Shown here: positions 10,385 through 21,202 of the stretch, in pieces
Layout of the letters: each line of letters opens with the position of its first letter
How positions within the stretch are numbered: position 1 is the first letter of the stretch
Made by a program: the position numbers and the translations under genes
NCBI GenBank assembly: GCA_035529575.1
Contig: DATKWM010000066.1
Coordinates: 1-63,403, forward strand
Direction: 5' to 3'
DNA: 63,403 nt
Source of the DNA: Desulfatiglandales bacterium
Lineage (GTDB): Bacteria; Desulfobacterota; DSM-4660; Desulfatiglandales; B25-G16
Notes under the pieces: model-generated
What the model saw: only the letters and a program-made list of their open reading frames with translations
Told to the model about the DNA's origin: nothing
The model's database searches: none

Positions 10385-10672
10385 ATGACCTTAACCAAAG
10401 AAAAGATCATAGATAATATTTACAATCAGGTGGGTCTAAGCAAAAACCAATCAAGAAGGATTGTAGAAAGTTTGTTAGAAATAATCAAGCAAACACTTGC
10501 AAAAAAAGAAAATCTCCTCATAAGCGGCTTTGGGAAATTCATTGTCAAAGATAAAGCAGCTCGAAAAGGAAGAAATCCTCAAACCAAAGAAGACCTAAAG
10601 TTACGAGCAAGAAAAGTTGTTGTGTTTCGGACCTCTGGTGTTCTCCGGAAAAAAATCAATCATGAGGGCTAA
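10385..10672 (+). CDS. ihfA: HU/IHF-family DNA-binding protein (IHF alpha-like)
   Basis: The ATG at 10385 is preceded by AAGGAGGA. The sequence MTLTKEKII...GFGKF.V.DKAARKGRNPQT.E...ARKVV.F resembles IHF alpha. The longer GTG start at 10337 is less likely. Confidence 0.8.
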   Translation: MTLTKEKIIDNIYNQVGLSKNQSRRIVESLLEIIKQTLAKKENLLISGFGKFIVKDKAARKGRNPQTKEDLKLRARKVVVFRTSGVLRKKINHEG

Positions 10673-11445
10673 AGCGCTACAATAAAAGTCTCTGAAAATC
10701 CAAGATATTTCAATTTATCAACCATTTTATTGGCCTCGGTTAAATCATTAGAAAGGGATACCCTCACCCTGTAAAGAGCTTTTTCTTGAGGCGACACATA
10801 CGTTGTGATAGTAACGTAACTAAAGATAATTCTAAGGCGATCTACTAATCTTAGTGCATTATCTTTATTTTCAAAGGCGCCAACCTGTATAGTAAATTCC
10901 CCTTTCCTAAAATCCGCTGCCTCTACGAGTGGCACATAGTCATTACCTGATTTAATCCGTCCAATCTTCCTTGATAAGGCGACCAGACGTACTTTTGCTA
11001 CTCCTGGGCCAACCAATCCTATCTGTCTACCAGCACCATACGATAGATCAATAATCCTCCCTGTAACAAAAGGGCCTCTATCGTTAATCCTTACGATAAC
11101 CTCTTTTAGGTTCGATAGATTTTCCACCCTTACATACGTTCCAAAGGGTAATGTTTTATGTGCGGCAGTCTTATCATACATATTATAAATCTCACCATTG
11201 GAAGTTTTCTTTCCATGAAAATCCTTTCCATACCATGAAGCCATGCCTTCGTGAACAAACCCTTCTCCACTCAGAAGAGGATAATATACTACCCCGTTTA
11301 CCGAATATGATTTAGGTACACGGCCATCCATTGTTTTTGGCAATACTATAGCCGGTTTTTTATAACTGCTAACTCTTATCTGTTCTTTACTACCAGCGCA
11401 GCCAAAAATACCTATAATAAGAAGTAAAGAAATAAATCTTTTCAT
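10669..11445 (-). CDS. rlpA: Septal ring lytic transglycosylase RlpA-family lipoprotein with SPOR domain
   Basis: Lipobox IFGCAG, a DPBB core (ASWYG..FHGKKTSNGE.Y...TAAHKTLPFGT.VRV.N...VRINDRGPF), and a C-terminal SPOR-like repeat. Confidence 0.85.
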   Translation of the reverse strand: MKRFISLLLIIGIFGCAGSKEQIRVSSYKKPAIVLPKTMDGRVPKSYSVNGVVYYPLLSGEGFVHEGMASWYGKDFHGKKTSNGEIYNMYDKTAAHKTLPFGTYVRVENLSNLKEVIVRINDRGPFVTGRIIDLSYGAGRQIGLVGPGVAKVRLVALSRKIGRIKSGNDYVPLVEAADFRKGEFTIQVGAFENKDNALRLVDRLRIIFSYVTITTYVSPQEKALYRVRVSLSNDLTEANKMVDKLKYLGFSETFIVAL

Positions 11446-11815
11446 GATTCACTGGATACTTGGTACCCCGATAAATCGGGATTACAAGTTTCAAGCCCGC
11501 CCTGCCTGCCCTGGCGCGACTTCCTCGGCAAATATCGCAATGTCTATATTATTTATAAGTCCTGGCAATACAGCCTAAGCATTGCATGCCAGGTCTGGGC
11601 CAAGGGCGCGACGTCACAGGAAAATGATCCTGTTTCGGAAATATTTTTGGAGCTTGGAGTCTACAACTAATCCTTGCATGCCAGCCCGCCCTGGCGCGAC
11701 AACACAGGAACAGTATCATGCCTTGTAAAGATTACGGTATCTGTAGAAATAAACCTACTCTTTCAAAGCCAGGTCTGGGCCAGGGGTCTGGGCCAGGGTT
11801 TCGAGTTTCAAGCAA
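11446..11815. repeat. Cluster of GC-rich palindromic (REP-like) repeats
   Basis: Contains GCCCGCCCTGGCGCGAC-type units (about 11497, 11605, 11683), CCAGGTCTGGGCCAGGG-type units (about 11590, 11768, 11778) and a CCCCGATAAATCGGGA hairpin (about 11466). The same units recur at 24770-25345. Confidence 0.8.
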
Positions 11816-12583
11816 TCAACAGTTCTTCCACTCAGGAGTCCTCTTCTCCAAAAAAGCCTTTAATCCTTCCTGAGCATCGGTTGTCCTCATCAATTCATTT
11901 AAATATATCTCTTCAATAACCTTTAATGAAGGTTCAAAGTCATCTCTCAGACCAGCCTTGATAGTCTTTTTTGTAATGCTTATAACCTCAGCACTAAGAG
12001 ATAGATAAGGCTTTATGAATTCATCGGTTTCCTGAGATAAATCACCTTTTGCAACTACCTTGTTTATGAGTCCCATACCCATTGACTCCTGTGCAGAGAC
12101 AATCCGGCCTGAAAGAATCAAATCCATAGCAGCCTTTCTTCCAATAATCCGCGGCATTATCTGGGCAGCAATCGGGGGAAGTACTCCCACCTGGATCTCA
12201 GGCTGTCCAAATTTTGCGGTATCATCGGCAATTACCAGATCACAAAAAACTGCCAGCTCACACCCCCCGCCTAAGCAAGATCCGTAGACAGAAGCTACAG
12301 TGACCGCACCTAATTGATCCATCAGCCGGAACATGCCGTGGAAGCTCTCTATCATCTTAGGTGCCAAATCACCCATATGCTCTCCTACGTCCACACCGGC
12401 GGAAAAACATTTTCCCTCTGTATTAAATAAAACTACGTTAAGATCCCTCTTTTCTACCCAATCTTTAAGTATATCATTTATTTCGTTCATCATTTCAATA
12501 TTAAGAACATTCACAGGAGGCCTGTTAAGGGTAATCGTTCCCAGTCCCCCTTCAATGCGGACATTAATATTTTTATAGGACAT
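11816..12583 (-). CDS. Enoyl-CoA hydratase/isomerase (crotonase) family, candidate cyclohexa-1,5-dienecarbonyl-CoA hydratase
   Basis: 255-aa crotonase fold with CFSAGVD and GGGCELA oxyanion-hole segments. The specific Dch role is inferred only from its position next to the bamA- and had-like genes. Confidence 0.75.
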   Translation of the reverse strand: MSYKNINVRIEGGLGTITLNRPPVNVLNIEMMNEINDILKDWVEKRDLNVVLFNTEGKCFSAGVDVGEHMGDLAPKMIESFHGMFRLMDQLGAVTVASVYGSCLGGGCELAVFCDLVIADDTAKFGQPEIQVGVLPPIAAQIMPRIIGRKAAMDLILSGRIVSAQESMGMGLINKVVAKGDLSQETDEFIKPYLSLSAEVISITKKTIKAGLRDDFEPSLKVIEEIYLNELMRTTDAQEGLKAFLEKRTPEWKNC

Positions 12584-12818
12584 CGCTTTCTCCTTTCTAA
12601 GGTATCTATAATAAACCTTATTAGTTAGCCCAAAAACCCTTTTCAGTAATCCGCCTTACAGGTTTAGCAATTATCTTTATACTTAAATTTGCACGTCAGT
12701 TCAACTGCGGATTTACATGCCTTCAGATATCTATTTAGCATCTAATTCTCAAAGAAAAAATCCAGAAGTCACCTTCTGGATTTTTTCTTTTCCCATCTCT
12801 ACTATTTATTGTTTTTAT

Positions 12819-13955
12819 TTATTCTTTGGGCGTCCCAAGCACTTCTGCGAACATATCCATATCCCAGGTTTTCATATCAGCAATGTTCTGACGGAACTTG
12901 ATAAAGTCGATGGTATCTTTACCAGTGATTCTCTTAGTATTGAAGGCGCCGAAGCCTAAGAAGGCCTCACCGGTCATATTAGCGGCCAGCCAGTGCCTGT
13001 TGTAGTTCTTGGAGTAATCCCAGAAGAACTTCTTTTTGGCACGGACACTGTCAATGGACTTGATCAGGCATGCAGGGAAGAGGTTTGCAAAGGTCCATAT
13101 AATCTTGTCAACTTCTTTGTCTAATAGCTCAAAGTCCGCATTTGGTTGATGCTCTTTTACGAAAGCTCTTGCCTCTTTGCCCTTTTCCCCAGTCTTGAAC
13201 TCGCCATAGACGATTTCTCCATCTTCGACGTATTTGTCGGTAATGATCATGGGGTTTCGAACCCATTTCCCATCCACCTTCAAGACCGGTACGCATTTGC
13301 TAATGAGGGTTTTCATCTTCATCTTATAGGCAGACCACATCTCGCAGGAGACGCAGTTCCACATGGCATCCTCCATGCCGAGAAACCAGGGTAGAAAGTC
13401 AGATGAGCCGCCGTCAGGGGCAGAACCGTGCCTGGGGCCAGCCTGTCCAAAAATGGCCAGATCAGAGGCAATGGCAAGATCGCAGGCCATTCCAATTTCC
13501 TGGCCACCTGCCACTCTCATGCCGTTCACCCTGCAAACGACTGGTTTTTTACAGGCAAGGATGGAGTCCACCATGTGGTTAAAGAGCTCCATGTACTGGC
13601 CGTATTCATCCGGTCTCATGCTGTAGAATTCACTATATTCTGCGGTATTGCCTCCGGTGCAAAAGGAATAGGGTCCAGTACCTGTAAAGACAGCCGCCAC
13701 AACGCTCCTGTCTAATGAGACATTTTCAAAACCAGCGATTACACCCTTTACCATCTCTGTGGTGTAAGAGTTGTACTGTTTGGGATTGTTTAACTGAATC
13801 CAGGATACAAAAAGCCCATCCATCACATTCCCGTTTGGGTCCTTCAGGGGGCGCTTTTCGTAAACTACACATGGGGGTTCCGTACCCCAGTGAACATCTG
13901 TATGCAACAAATGATCTTTCTTTTCGTTGTCTCTTGGCATCCATTCTAAAGCCAT
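12819..13955 (-). CDS. bamA: 6-oxocyclohex-1-ene-1-carbonyl-CoA hydrolase (ring-cleaving, BamA/Oah type)
   Basis: 378-aa extended crotonase. The length, the N-terminal MALEWMPRD...VHWGTEPP segment and the pairing with a Zn-ADH (Had) and a hydratase match the anaerobic benzoyl-CoA pathway operon. Confidence 0.75.
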   Translation of the reverse strand: MALEWMPRDNEKKDHLLHTDVHWGTEPPCVVYEKRPLKDPNGNVMDGLFVSWIQLNNPKQYNSYTTEMVKGVIAGFENVSLDRSVVAAVFTGTGPYSFCTGGNTAEYSEFYSMRPDEYGQYMELFNHMVDSILACKKPVVCRVNGMRVAGGQEIGMACDLAIASDLAIFGQAGPRHGSAPDGGSSDFLPWFLGMEDAMWNCVSCEMWSAYKMKMKTLISKCVPVLKVDGKWVRNPMIITDKYVEDGEIVYGEFKTGEKGKEARAFVKEHQPNADFELLDKEVDKIIWTFANLFPACLIKSIDSVRAKKKFFWDYSKNYNRHWLAANMTGEAFLGFGAFNTKRITGKDTIDFIKFRQNIADMKTWDMDMFAEVLGTPKE

Positions 13956-13997
13956 AATTTTCCTCCTTTTTTTGGTTAAAATTTACTATTTTCTTGC

Positions 13998-15104
13998 CTA
14001 AAAATCGGGCGTTAAAACGATTCGTTTCATTGGGGGCGTCTTGTGGGCCTCGGCAAAGGTTTCAGCTATAGTGCTCATGGGGCGAGTTACCACAAATTCC
14101 TCCATGTTGATCTTCCCGCTTAAGGCCATATCCAAGACAATCGGATAGTATTCAGGGAGGCATCCCCATGTACCGATAATATCGGCATCAAAGGCCATAA
14201 GGCGACCGATTGCATACTCCGTCTTAGCAAGTCCGTATCCCACAACGATCAGTTTTCCGGTAAACCCCAGTAAGGCCAATGCGATCTCTTGCCCGGCTTT
14301 GACGCCTGTTACCTCGAATATCTTCCAACCGGTGTTTGGGAGCCCGTTTTCCTTGCAGTATCCCCTGAACTCCTTGGAGACTGCCCTTGCATCCTTGTCG
14401 GTTGAGTTAATATAAAAATCGGCGCCGAATTTAAGTGCCTTTTCCAATTTTTCTTTGTTGCGCGCGATCCCGATAACGGTCTTTGCGCCCAGGGCCTTGG
14501 TTATTTGTCCTACGTACTGACCTACACCGCCTGTGATACCTACCACCACAACGCTATCTCCAGGCTGCAAATCAGCCCTCTTAGCTGCCTGGTACGGGGT
14601 GGTCGCAGCATCGGCTATAACGGCGAAATGGGAGAGTGGAATACCTGCCCTATCTTTGACCTCACACAGATCAACACTTGGAACAGGTATGTGGCTTGAG
14701 AAACCACCATAAAGACCCAGGCTGTTGCCCGGCATTTTCTGGCCAAGACATCTGTTGCCCCGGCCTGTTTTGCACAGGATGCACTTCCTGCATGGCATAA
14801 CAGCCGGGATGATAACCTCTTTCCCAATCCATTTTTCGTCCCCGGCCACCACAGTGCCAGATATTTCGTGGCCTAATGTTAGGGGGGGGGTTGAAACGGT
14901 GAGAACTCCATCATAGAAATACCCCAAGTCTGTATGACATACCCCACAACCCGCAACTTCCACCAGCACATCACCTGGTGCCAGTTCGGGTACCGGTATT
15001 TCTGTCTTTTCAAGCTTCCCTGGCGTAACCTCCCCTGTTTCTTTGTCCCTTGATGTAGGTTGAACCATTTGCCATGTTTGTATTTTATCCGGTATATCTG
15101 CCAT
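13998..15104 (-). CDS. had: Zn-dependent alcohol dehydrogenase family, candidate 6-hydroxycyclohex-1-ene-1-carbonyl-CoA dehydrogenase
   Basis: GCGVCHTD and GHE zinc ligands, a structural-zinc CxxCxxC...C cluster and a GxGGVG NAD motif. Operon context with the bamA-like gene. Confidence 0.7.
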   Translation of the reverse strand: MADIPDKIQTWQMVQPTSRDKETGEVTPGKLEKTEIPVPELAPGDVLVEVAGCGVCHTDLGYFYDGVLTVSTPPLTLGHEISGTVVAGDEKWIGKEVIIPAVMPCRKCILCKTGRGNRCLGQKMPGNSLGLYGGFSSHIPVPSVDLCEVKDRAGIPLSHFAVIADAATTPYQAAKRADLQPGDSVVVVGITGGVGQYVGQITKALGAKTVIGIARNKEKLEKALKFGADFYINSTDKDARAVSKEFRGYCKENGLPNTGWKIFEVTGVKAGQEIALALLGFTGKLIVVGYGLAKTEYAIGRLMAFDADIIGTWGCLPEYYPIVLDMALSGKINMEEFVVTRPMSTIAETFAEAHKTPPMKRIVLTPDF

Positions 15105-15339
15105 CTTAATCCTCCTTATTTGTTAGTAGTTAGTTGTCAGTTGTTCGTAGTATTTTTCTTTTAAGCATTTACTATAAAAAATATAATTTAGTGTCTCTTG
15201 AAAAATCCCATCTGCCCTCCCTTTTTAGCTATACCCAGCTTTTATAGTTATTGCTATAAGGTTGGATAAATAGATCTTTTCTGCTGATCTTGAAATAGGA
15301 GTTCAATGGACAACGGACAACAGGCAACGGGCATAATAA

Positions 15340-16104
15340 TTATATCATCCCGTATCCGCCATCGACACAAAGTAGCTGACCGGTTATATAACTACTTTCA
15401 TCGGATCCTAAAAAAATAAATGCCGGAGAAATATCATCTGGTTCAGCAAAGCGTTTCAGAAGAATTCTGTTCATGTAGATCTCCTTGAGTTTTTCATCTG
15501 TCCGTATTTTTTCCGTCATATCCGTGGCCACAATACCGAGAGAGATAACATTTACGCATATATTGTACCTTGCAAGCTCTCTTGCGGCTGATTTTGTAAA
15601 ACTCAAAAGGCCGCCCTTGGCAGCGCTATAGTTTATTTGACCTACTGTGCCGACAATACCCGCCACTGAGGTTACGTTAATAATCTTTCCCTTGTTTTGC
15701 TCTTTCATATGCCTTGCAGCAAACTGAGAACACAAAAAGGCGCCCTTAAGATGAATATCCAATACCTGATCCCATTGATCTTCACTCATTTTTAGTAACA
15801 TAGCAGGCCTACTAAATCCCGCATTATTTACCAAAATATCTAAACTACCAAACTCCTCGATTCCCTTTTGAACCAATGCTTCAGCCTCAACCGCTTTTGC
15901 AACATCAGCCTTCACGAGGATCGCCTTGCCTCCCCCATTCTCGATTTCCTTGACTACCTCTTCACCTGCTCCCTTGTTGGTTGAATAATTCACCACCACA
16001 CTGGCTCCCGCCTTCGCATAAGCCAGCGCTATGGCCCTTCCAACACCTCTACTGCTCCCTGTGATTAATGCTACCTTTTCTTTGAGTTTCACATCATCCT
16101 CCAT
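15340..16104 (-). CDS. Short-chain dehydrogenase/reductase (FabG-like, possible 3-hydroxyacyl-CoA dehydrogenase)
   Basis: TGSSRGVG cofactor motif, NNAG, and the catalytic YSAAK motif. Confidence 0.85.
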   Translation of the reverse strand: MEDDVKLKEKVALITGSSRGVGRAIALAYAKAGASVVVNYSTNKGAGEEVVKEIENGGGKAILVKADVAKAVEAEALVQKGIEEFGSLDILVNNAGFSRPAMLLKMSEDQWDQVLDIHLKGAFLCSQFAARHMKEQNKGKIINVTSVAGIVGTVGQINYSAAKGGLLSFTKSAARELARYNICVNVISLGIVATDMTEKIRTDEKLKEIYMNRILLKRFAEPDDISPAFIFLGSDESSYITGQLLCVDGGYGMI

Positions 16105-16351
16105 CCTCTATTTATAACGAATATAGCTACATTGTAACTACATCATAGTTACTAATTACTGTCAAGGTAAATTTTACCACCATAAAGCATTTGGTTAAAT
16201 GATGTATTTCACTCAAAAATAACAAAACCACACTCATTTATAGATGGGTGTAGTTTTATTTTGTACTTATTGCCTATCCCTCATAGGTAAATATACCTAT
16301 GTGATAGTCCCTGCCATAGTTATGAAAAGTATCAATACTAAAAAGAACTTA

Positions 16352-17491
16352 CTAATGCCTTTCCTTTAGCATTTCCCTGGCAATAATCAGCCTCTGAATC
16401 TGATTGGTGCCTTCAAAAATCTGGGTCAGCTTTGCATCCCGAAATAGCCTTTCTACCGGATAATCCTTCATATACCCATAGCCACCAAAAATTTGAACAG
16501 CATCTGTTGTTATCTTCATGGCCATGTCACTACAGAAGCATTTAGCCATCGATGCCAATTTTATGTTCGATTTCTTTTTATCGTGCTGTTTGGCAGCCTC
16601 TATCATAAGGCTTCTGCCCGCCTCTATCTGCATGGCTGCATCTGCAAGCATAAAACTGATGGCCTGACGTCCAATCAATGCCTTTCCGAATGTCTCCCTC
16701 TCGCAGGCATAATTAAAGGAAAAATCAAGGGCAGCCTCTGCTATTCCCAGGGCAAGGGCGGCAATGCCTGGTCTCGACATATCAAAGTCCTTCATGGCAA
16801 TGACAAAGCCCTCCCCTTCTTGCCCAAGTCTGTTTTCTTCAGAAACCCTCACATCCTCCAGTATAACCTCTGAGGTATCGCTGGCCCTAAAGCCAAGTTT
16901 ATCCTCTTGCTTTCCAATAAAGATACCGTTTTGATCTCTCTCGACGACAAAAAAGGTTAATTCCTTCTCCCCTGTTTTGGCCAACACAGTATAGAGGGAG
17001 GCAACTCCCCCGTTCGTTGAAAAAAGCTTATGTCCGTTTAAGATATATTCACTGCCTGCCTTTTCTGCCTTAGCCTTAATGCCTGCTACATCGGAACCTG
17101 CATAAGGTTCTGTTACCAGGTAGGCTATGAGTTCCTCACCTTTTGAAAGACGAGGGAAAAAGCGATCCCTCTGGCTCTGGTTTCCTGCGACTATTATAGG
17201 AAAACTAGCAACTGCCTGAATAATAAGCATCAATGCTGAAGATGCACATGCCTTTGCTATCTCCTCAACACATAGGCAAAACATAAAGGTTTTGCCCTCT
17301 TCAAGTCCACCATAAGATGGGGGAAGAAATATCTGAAAGAGACCCATTTCCCCAAAAAGGCGGGCAATATCCCATCGAAAGACACCTTCTCTGTCCATCT
17401 CAGCTGCAATAGGTGCTATCCGCTCCTTTACAACCTTCTTTACATTATCAATAATAATTTTTTGCTCGTAATTAATCTCATCCAAAATCAT
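16352..17491 (-). CDS. Acyl-CoA dehydrogenase (butyryl-CoA dehydrogenase-like)
   Basis: 379 aa. The C-terminal QIFGGYGY...[16 protein letters not shown] segment is typical of short/medium-chain ACADs. Confidence 0.9.
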   Translation of the reverse strand: MILDEINYEQKIIIDNVKKVVKERIAPIAAEMDREGVFRWDIARLFGEMGLFQIFLPPSYGGLEEGKTFMFCLCVEEIAKACASSALMLIIQAVASFPIIVAGNQSQRDRFFPRLSKGEELIAYLVTEPYAGSDVAGIKAKAEKAGSEYILNGHKLFSTNGGVASLYTVLAKTGEKELTFFVVERDQNGIFIGKQEDKLGFRASDTSEVILEDVRVSEENRLGQEGEGFVIAMKDFDMSRPGIAALALGIAEAALDFSFNYACERETFGKALIGRQAISFMLADAAMQIEAGRSLMIEAAKQHDKKKSNIKLASMAKCFCSDMAMKITTDAVQIFGGYGYMKDYPVERLFRDAKLTQIFEGTNQIQRLIIAREMLKERH

Positions 17492-17533
17492 TTTACAAAG
17501 CCTATATTACTTTTTCTTGTAAAAAATACTACT

Positions 17534-17935
17534 TTAGCGCTTCAGATTATTTTTTATATAGGCGACAATATCATCTGTGTAGGTGCCAGGACCAAAAACC
17601 TCTGCTATTCCTATTTCTTTAAGAGAAGGAATATCCTCATCTGGAATAATACCGCCCCCAATAACCAATACATCATCTACTCCCTTTTCCTTTACCAATT
17701 CCATTATCCTGGGAAAAAGGAAGTCATGGGCACCAGAGAGGATACTCAAGGCAATAACATCTACATCCTCCTGGATGGATGTCTCCACAATCTGTTCAGG
17801 GCTCTGCCTTAAACCGGTGTATATTACCTCCATTCCCGCATCCATTAATGCATTGGCAATAACCTTTATGCCTCTATCATGGCCATCCAGACCAGGTTTA
17901 GTAGCTAAAACTCTAATTTTTCTTTTATTATCCAT
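17534..17935 (-). CDS. Methylmalonyl-CoA mutase small subunit (B12-binding domain)
   Basis: 133 aa with the base-off/His-on cobalamin motif GLDGHDRG. Confidence 0.85.
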   Translation of the reverse strand: MDNKRKIRVLATKPGLDGHDRGIKVIANALMDAGMEVIYTGLRQSPEQIVETSIQEDVDVIALSILSGAHDFLFPRIMELVKEKGVDDVLVIGGGIIPDEDIPSLKEIGIAEVFGPGTYTDDIVAYIKNNLKR

Positions 17936-18000
17936 CCTTGATCACCCCCAATAGTGAATAAAGTGTCTAATATTTTATTTGTCATTGGTCATTTGTAATT

Positions 18001-18050
18001 AATATTGACGATTTTCAATTGAAGATTGAAAACTTTTAATTGTCAATATT
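18001..18050. repeat. AT-rich imperfect palindrome between the two mutase subunit genes
   Basis: AATATTGAC (18001-18009) pairs with GTCAATATT (18042-18050). The inner arms GATTTTCAAT and ATTGAAAAC match at 9 of 10 positions. Confidence 0.6.
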
Positions 18051-18078
18051 CGATAGTCATTTGTTATTTCCATTGGCA

Positions 18079-19758
18079 TTACCCAATAGTACTTACTGGC
18101 TGATATTCTCCAAAAACATCCCTTAATACGTCGCAGATTTCTCCCAAAGTGGCGTAAGCCTTCACTGCATCTAAAATGATGGGCATCAGGTTGTCTTTCC
18201 CTTCCGCAGCATTTCGTAACTGACTGAGTATATCCTTCACCCTTGCGTTGTCTCGCTCGGATTTTAGCCTTTTCAGCCTTTCCATCTGAGAAATCCTCAC
18301 GGCAGGATCTACCCTTAATAGATCTTTTGGAGATTCCTCTTCTACCTGAAATTTATTTACGCCAACAACCACCCTCTCGTCCTTCTCAATCTCTCTCTGG
18401 TAGCGATAGGCGCTATCCTGAATTTCCCTTTGAATAAAGCCCTTCTCAATTGCGGATACTGCTCCGCCAAGTTCGTCAATCTTATCAATATATTCTTTAG
18501 CCCTATCAAAAATCTCTTCCGTTAACTCTTCAATATAATATGAGCCACCTAATGGGTCTACCGTATCAGCAACACCAGACTCATAACCAATAAGCTGTTG
18601 GGTTCTTAGGGCAATCTGAACCGCCTCCTCACTGGGTAAGGCAAAGGCCTCATCCATTGAATTTGTATGGAGTGATTGTGTGCCACCCAAAACGGCAGAA
18701 AGCGCCTGAAAGGCAACCCTTACTATATTATTCTTCGGTTGCTGTGCAGTGAGGGTGCAGCCAGCTGTCTGGGTATGAAACCTTATCATCATTGACCTTG
18801 GATCCTGGGCCTTGAATCTGTCCCGCATAATTGTTGCCCATAGCCTTCTTGCAGCCCTAAACTTTGCAATCTCCTCTAAAAAATCAAGGTGGGCATTAAA
18901 AAAGAACGAAAGTCGTGGACCGAACTCATCTACACCTAATCCGGCTTCTAATGCCGCCTCCACATAGGCAATACCATTGACTAAAGTAAAGGCAACCTCC
19001 TGAACCGCAGTGGAACCTGCTTCCCTGATATGATAACCACTAATACTGATTGTATTCCATTGGGGAACCTCTCGTGAACAAAATGAAAAGATATCTGTGA
19101 TAATCCTCATGGATGGTTTAGGAGGAAAGATATACGTGCCCCTGGCAGAATACTCTTTTAATATATCATTCTGAATAGTTCCCCTCAAATCCTTTGATGC
19201 GACACCCTGATTTTCAGCCACTGCCATATACATGGCCAAAAGCACGGATGCTGGAGCATTTATGGTCATTGATGTACTGACCTTGCCAAGTGGTATCTGG
19301 TCAAAGAGGATCTTCATATCTTTTAATGAATCAATGGCCACCCCCACCTTTCCTACCTCCCCTTGAGCCAGTGGGTGATCTGAATCATACCCTATCTGTG
19401 TAGGAAGATCAAAGGCAACTGACAGTCCTGTCTGGCCCTGGTCTAAAAGGAACCGGTATCGTCTATTCGTGTCCTCAGCCGTACCAAAACCAGCATATTG
19501 ACGCATAGTCCATAACCTCCCCCGGTACATAGTTGGCTGAACACCTCTTGTAAATGGATACTCCCCTGGCAAGCCAAGCTCTTTCATATAATCAAAATCA
19601 GCCACATCTAAAGGTGTACACACTCTCTTTAAAGGAATGCCTGAGGTATTAGTAAATTCAGCCTTTCTTTCAGGTCTCTTTGCTAATGTTCCTTCCAGTT
19701 TGTCAGACCATGTTTTGTATTCCTCTTTTATTTCTTTAATCTCTTTTTCGTCAAACAT
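18079..19758 (-). CDS. Methylmalonyl-CoA mutase large (catalytic TIM-barrel) subunit
   Basis: 559 aa containing [27 protein letters not shown] and [21 protein letters not shown]. As I recall them, the Tyr in TMY and the Arg in ARGTY match the methylmalonyl-type rather than the isobutyryl-type signature. Confidence 0.8.
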   Translation of the reverse strand: MFDEKEIKEIKEEYKTWSDKLEGTLAKRPERKAEFTNTSGIPLKRVCTPLDVADFDYMKELGLPGEYPFTRGVQPTMYRGRLWTMRQYAGFGTAEDTNRRYRFLLDQGQTGLSVAFDLPTQIGYDSDHPLAQGEVGKVGVAIDSLKDMKILFDQIPLGKVSTSMTINAPASVLLAMYMAVAENQGVASKDLRGTIQNDILKEYSARGTYIFPPKPSMRIITDIFSFCSREVPQWNTISISGYHIREAGSTAVQEVAFTLVNGIAYVEAALEAGLGVDEFGPRLSFFFNAHLDFLEEIAKFRAARRLWATIMRDRFKAQDPRSMMIRFHTQTAGCTLTAQQPKNNIVRVAFQALSAVLGGTQSLHTNSMDEAFALPSEEAVQIALRTQQLIGYESGVADTVDPLGGSYYIEELTEEIFDRAKEYIDKIDELGGAVSAIEKGFIQREIQDSAYRYQREIEKDERVVVGVNKFQVEEESPKDLLRVDPAVRISQMERLKRLKSERDNARVKDILSQLRNAAEGKDNLMPIILDAVKAYATLGEICDVLRDVFGEYQPVSTIG

Positions 19759-19778
19759 ATCTTCTTACCTCTCTTTCA

Positions 19779-20885
19779 TCACCCTGCAAGTGCAAGGAAT
19801 ACTCCTGCAGCAACGACTGTACCGATAACACCTGCCACATTGGGACCCATGGCATGCATAAGTAAAAAGTTCTTTGGATCATACTTTGCACCCATTATTT
19901 GGCTTACCCTGGCGGCCATAGGAACAGCAGATACACCAGCAGAGCCAATCAAAGGATTTATCTTTTCCTTGAAAAAAAGATTCATAAATTTTGCCAGAAG
20001 TATCCCAGCAGCTGTAGAAAAGGCGAAGGCCACAAGGCCCATAATGAATACGAAAATAACCTGCGGTTTTAAGAAGGCCTCAGCTGACATGGTTGCGCCA
20101 ACGCTAATACCAAGAAGTATGGTGACAATATTCATGAGCTCATTGGCCGCGGTATCTGAAAGCCTTTTTACTACACCACACTCTTTAAAAAGGTTCCCCA
20201 GCATAAACATTGCCATGAGTGGTGCAGAGGCTGGTACGATAAGACAGATAACCAATACCGTCACTAAGGGAAAAAGGATCTTCTCTTTCTTTGAAACCGG
20301 CCGTAACTGTCTCATTTTTATTTTTCGTTCTTTCTCTGTGGTAAGGAGTCTCATGATAGGAGGCTGAATGATTGGAACAAGTGACATATACGAGTAAGCA
20401 GCAACAGCCGTTGCCCCTAATAGGTGGGGGGCAAGGTGGACTGTTGTATAGATTGTTGTTGGACCATCAGCACCGCCAATTATACCTATTGAACACGCCT
20501 CTGGTATTTTAAAACCAAGGATGAGAGCTCCAAAAAAGGCAACATACACACCGAATTGGGCCCCTGCGCCTAATATGAGGGTTTTAGGATTGGCGATCAT
20601 AGGTCCAAAATCTGTCATGGCCCCTAAACCTAAAAATATAAGGGGCGGGATTACCTCCCATTCTAATCCATAATGATAAAATTTCCATAAAAGCCCCTCA
20701 CCTTCCTGCATAAGAAATGTCAGGGGTAAATTTACAACTAATATGCCAAAACCAATAGGTATCAATAGAAGAGGTTCGTAATTTTTTGTTATGGCCAAAT
20801 AGATAAATAAAAAGGCAATAAGCCACATAACAAGGTTACCTATAGTCAGGTGCACAACGCCGGTGGTTAAAACCATGTCAAGCAT
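19779..20885 (-). CDS. Na+-transporting biotin-dependent decarboxylase, beta (membrane pump) subunit
   Basis: 368-aa polytopic protein of the OadB/GcdB/MmdB family, recognised by overall sequence character and motifs such as GAMTDFGP and GGADGPT. Confidence 0.8.
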   Translation of the reverse strand: MLDMVLTTGVVHLTIGNLVMWLIAFLFIYLAITKNYEPLLLIPIGFGILVVNLPLTFLMQEGEGLLWKFYHYGLEWEVIPPLIFLGLGAMTDFGPMIANPKTLILGAGAQFGVYVAFFGALILGFKIPEACSIGIIGGADGPTTIYTTVHLAPHLLGATAVAAYSYMSLVPIIQPPIMRLLTTEKERKIKMRQLRPVSKKEKILFPLVTVLVICLIVPASAPLMAMFMLGNLFKECGVVKRLSDTAANELMNIVTILLGISVGATMSAEAFLKPQVIFVFIMGLVAFAFSTAAGILLAKFMNLFFKEKINPLIGSAGVSAVPMAARVSQIMGAKYDPKNFLLMHAMGPNVAGVIGTVVAAGVFLALAG

Positions 20886-20898
20886 AATTTCCCCTTTC

Positions 20899-21033
20899 TA
20901 ATCAGCTTTTTTTTCTATACTCTTTAAAATCTTCCCAAATGCATATATTACCGCTATCAGTATTGCAAGGGAGGAAAAAACAGCACCTAAGCCAAAAGAA
21001 AATATCTTTACTGCAAGATTCCAATCAATCATG
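20899..21033 (-). CDS. Possible small single-TM decarboxylase subunit (OadG/GcdD-like)
   Basis: Hand-translated 44-aa ORF MIDWNLAVKIFSFGLGAVFSSLAILIAVIYAFGKILKSIEKKAD, below the cutoff of the ORF track. One TM helix. Positioned immediately upstream of the beta subunit gene. Confidence 0.4.
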
Positions 21034-21146
21034 ATAATAGGCTCCCTTTAAATTTAATACTATATGTTAGAAATTTTAAACCATGCTGAAATTATGAAGT
21101 TTTTAGAGGATTGATATATTTTTTTGAAGGTATTTCAGATAAAACT

Positions 21147-21170
21147 GCCCTGTCGATACTCAGACAGGGC
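21147..21170 (-). terminator. Possible intrinsic terminator or attenuator after the biotin-carrier gene
   Basis: GCCCTGTC (21147-21154) pairs with GACAGGGC (21163-21170). On the minus strand the stem is followed by AGTTTTATCT, a weak U tract. Confidence 0.35.
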
Positions 21171-21202
21171 AATTAATGCACACTCGTTAAAAAAACATGT
21201 GT

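Noticed and set aside
11674-11919. 81-aa ORF spanning the repeat cluster and the 3' end of the crotonase gene
   Set aside because: Its first half is translated REP-type repeats (SPPWRD..., GLGQGFEF) and its second half is antisense to a well-supported gene.
13146-13957. Several 60-95-aa ORFs on both strands (13146-13394, 13319-13507, 13363-13626, 13428-13715, 13715-13957, 13726-13944)
   Set aside because: All overlap the bamA/oah-like gene, whose 378-aa frame is continuous and family-typical. The local rise in GC content simply opens alternative frames.
19840-20367. 175-aa plus-strand ORF
   Set aside because: It is antisense to the decarboxylase beta-subunit gene and has no independent RBS or motif. 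It is a shadow ORF of a hydrophobic membrane protein gene.
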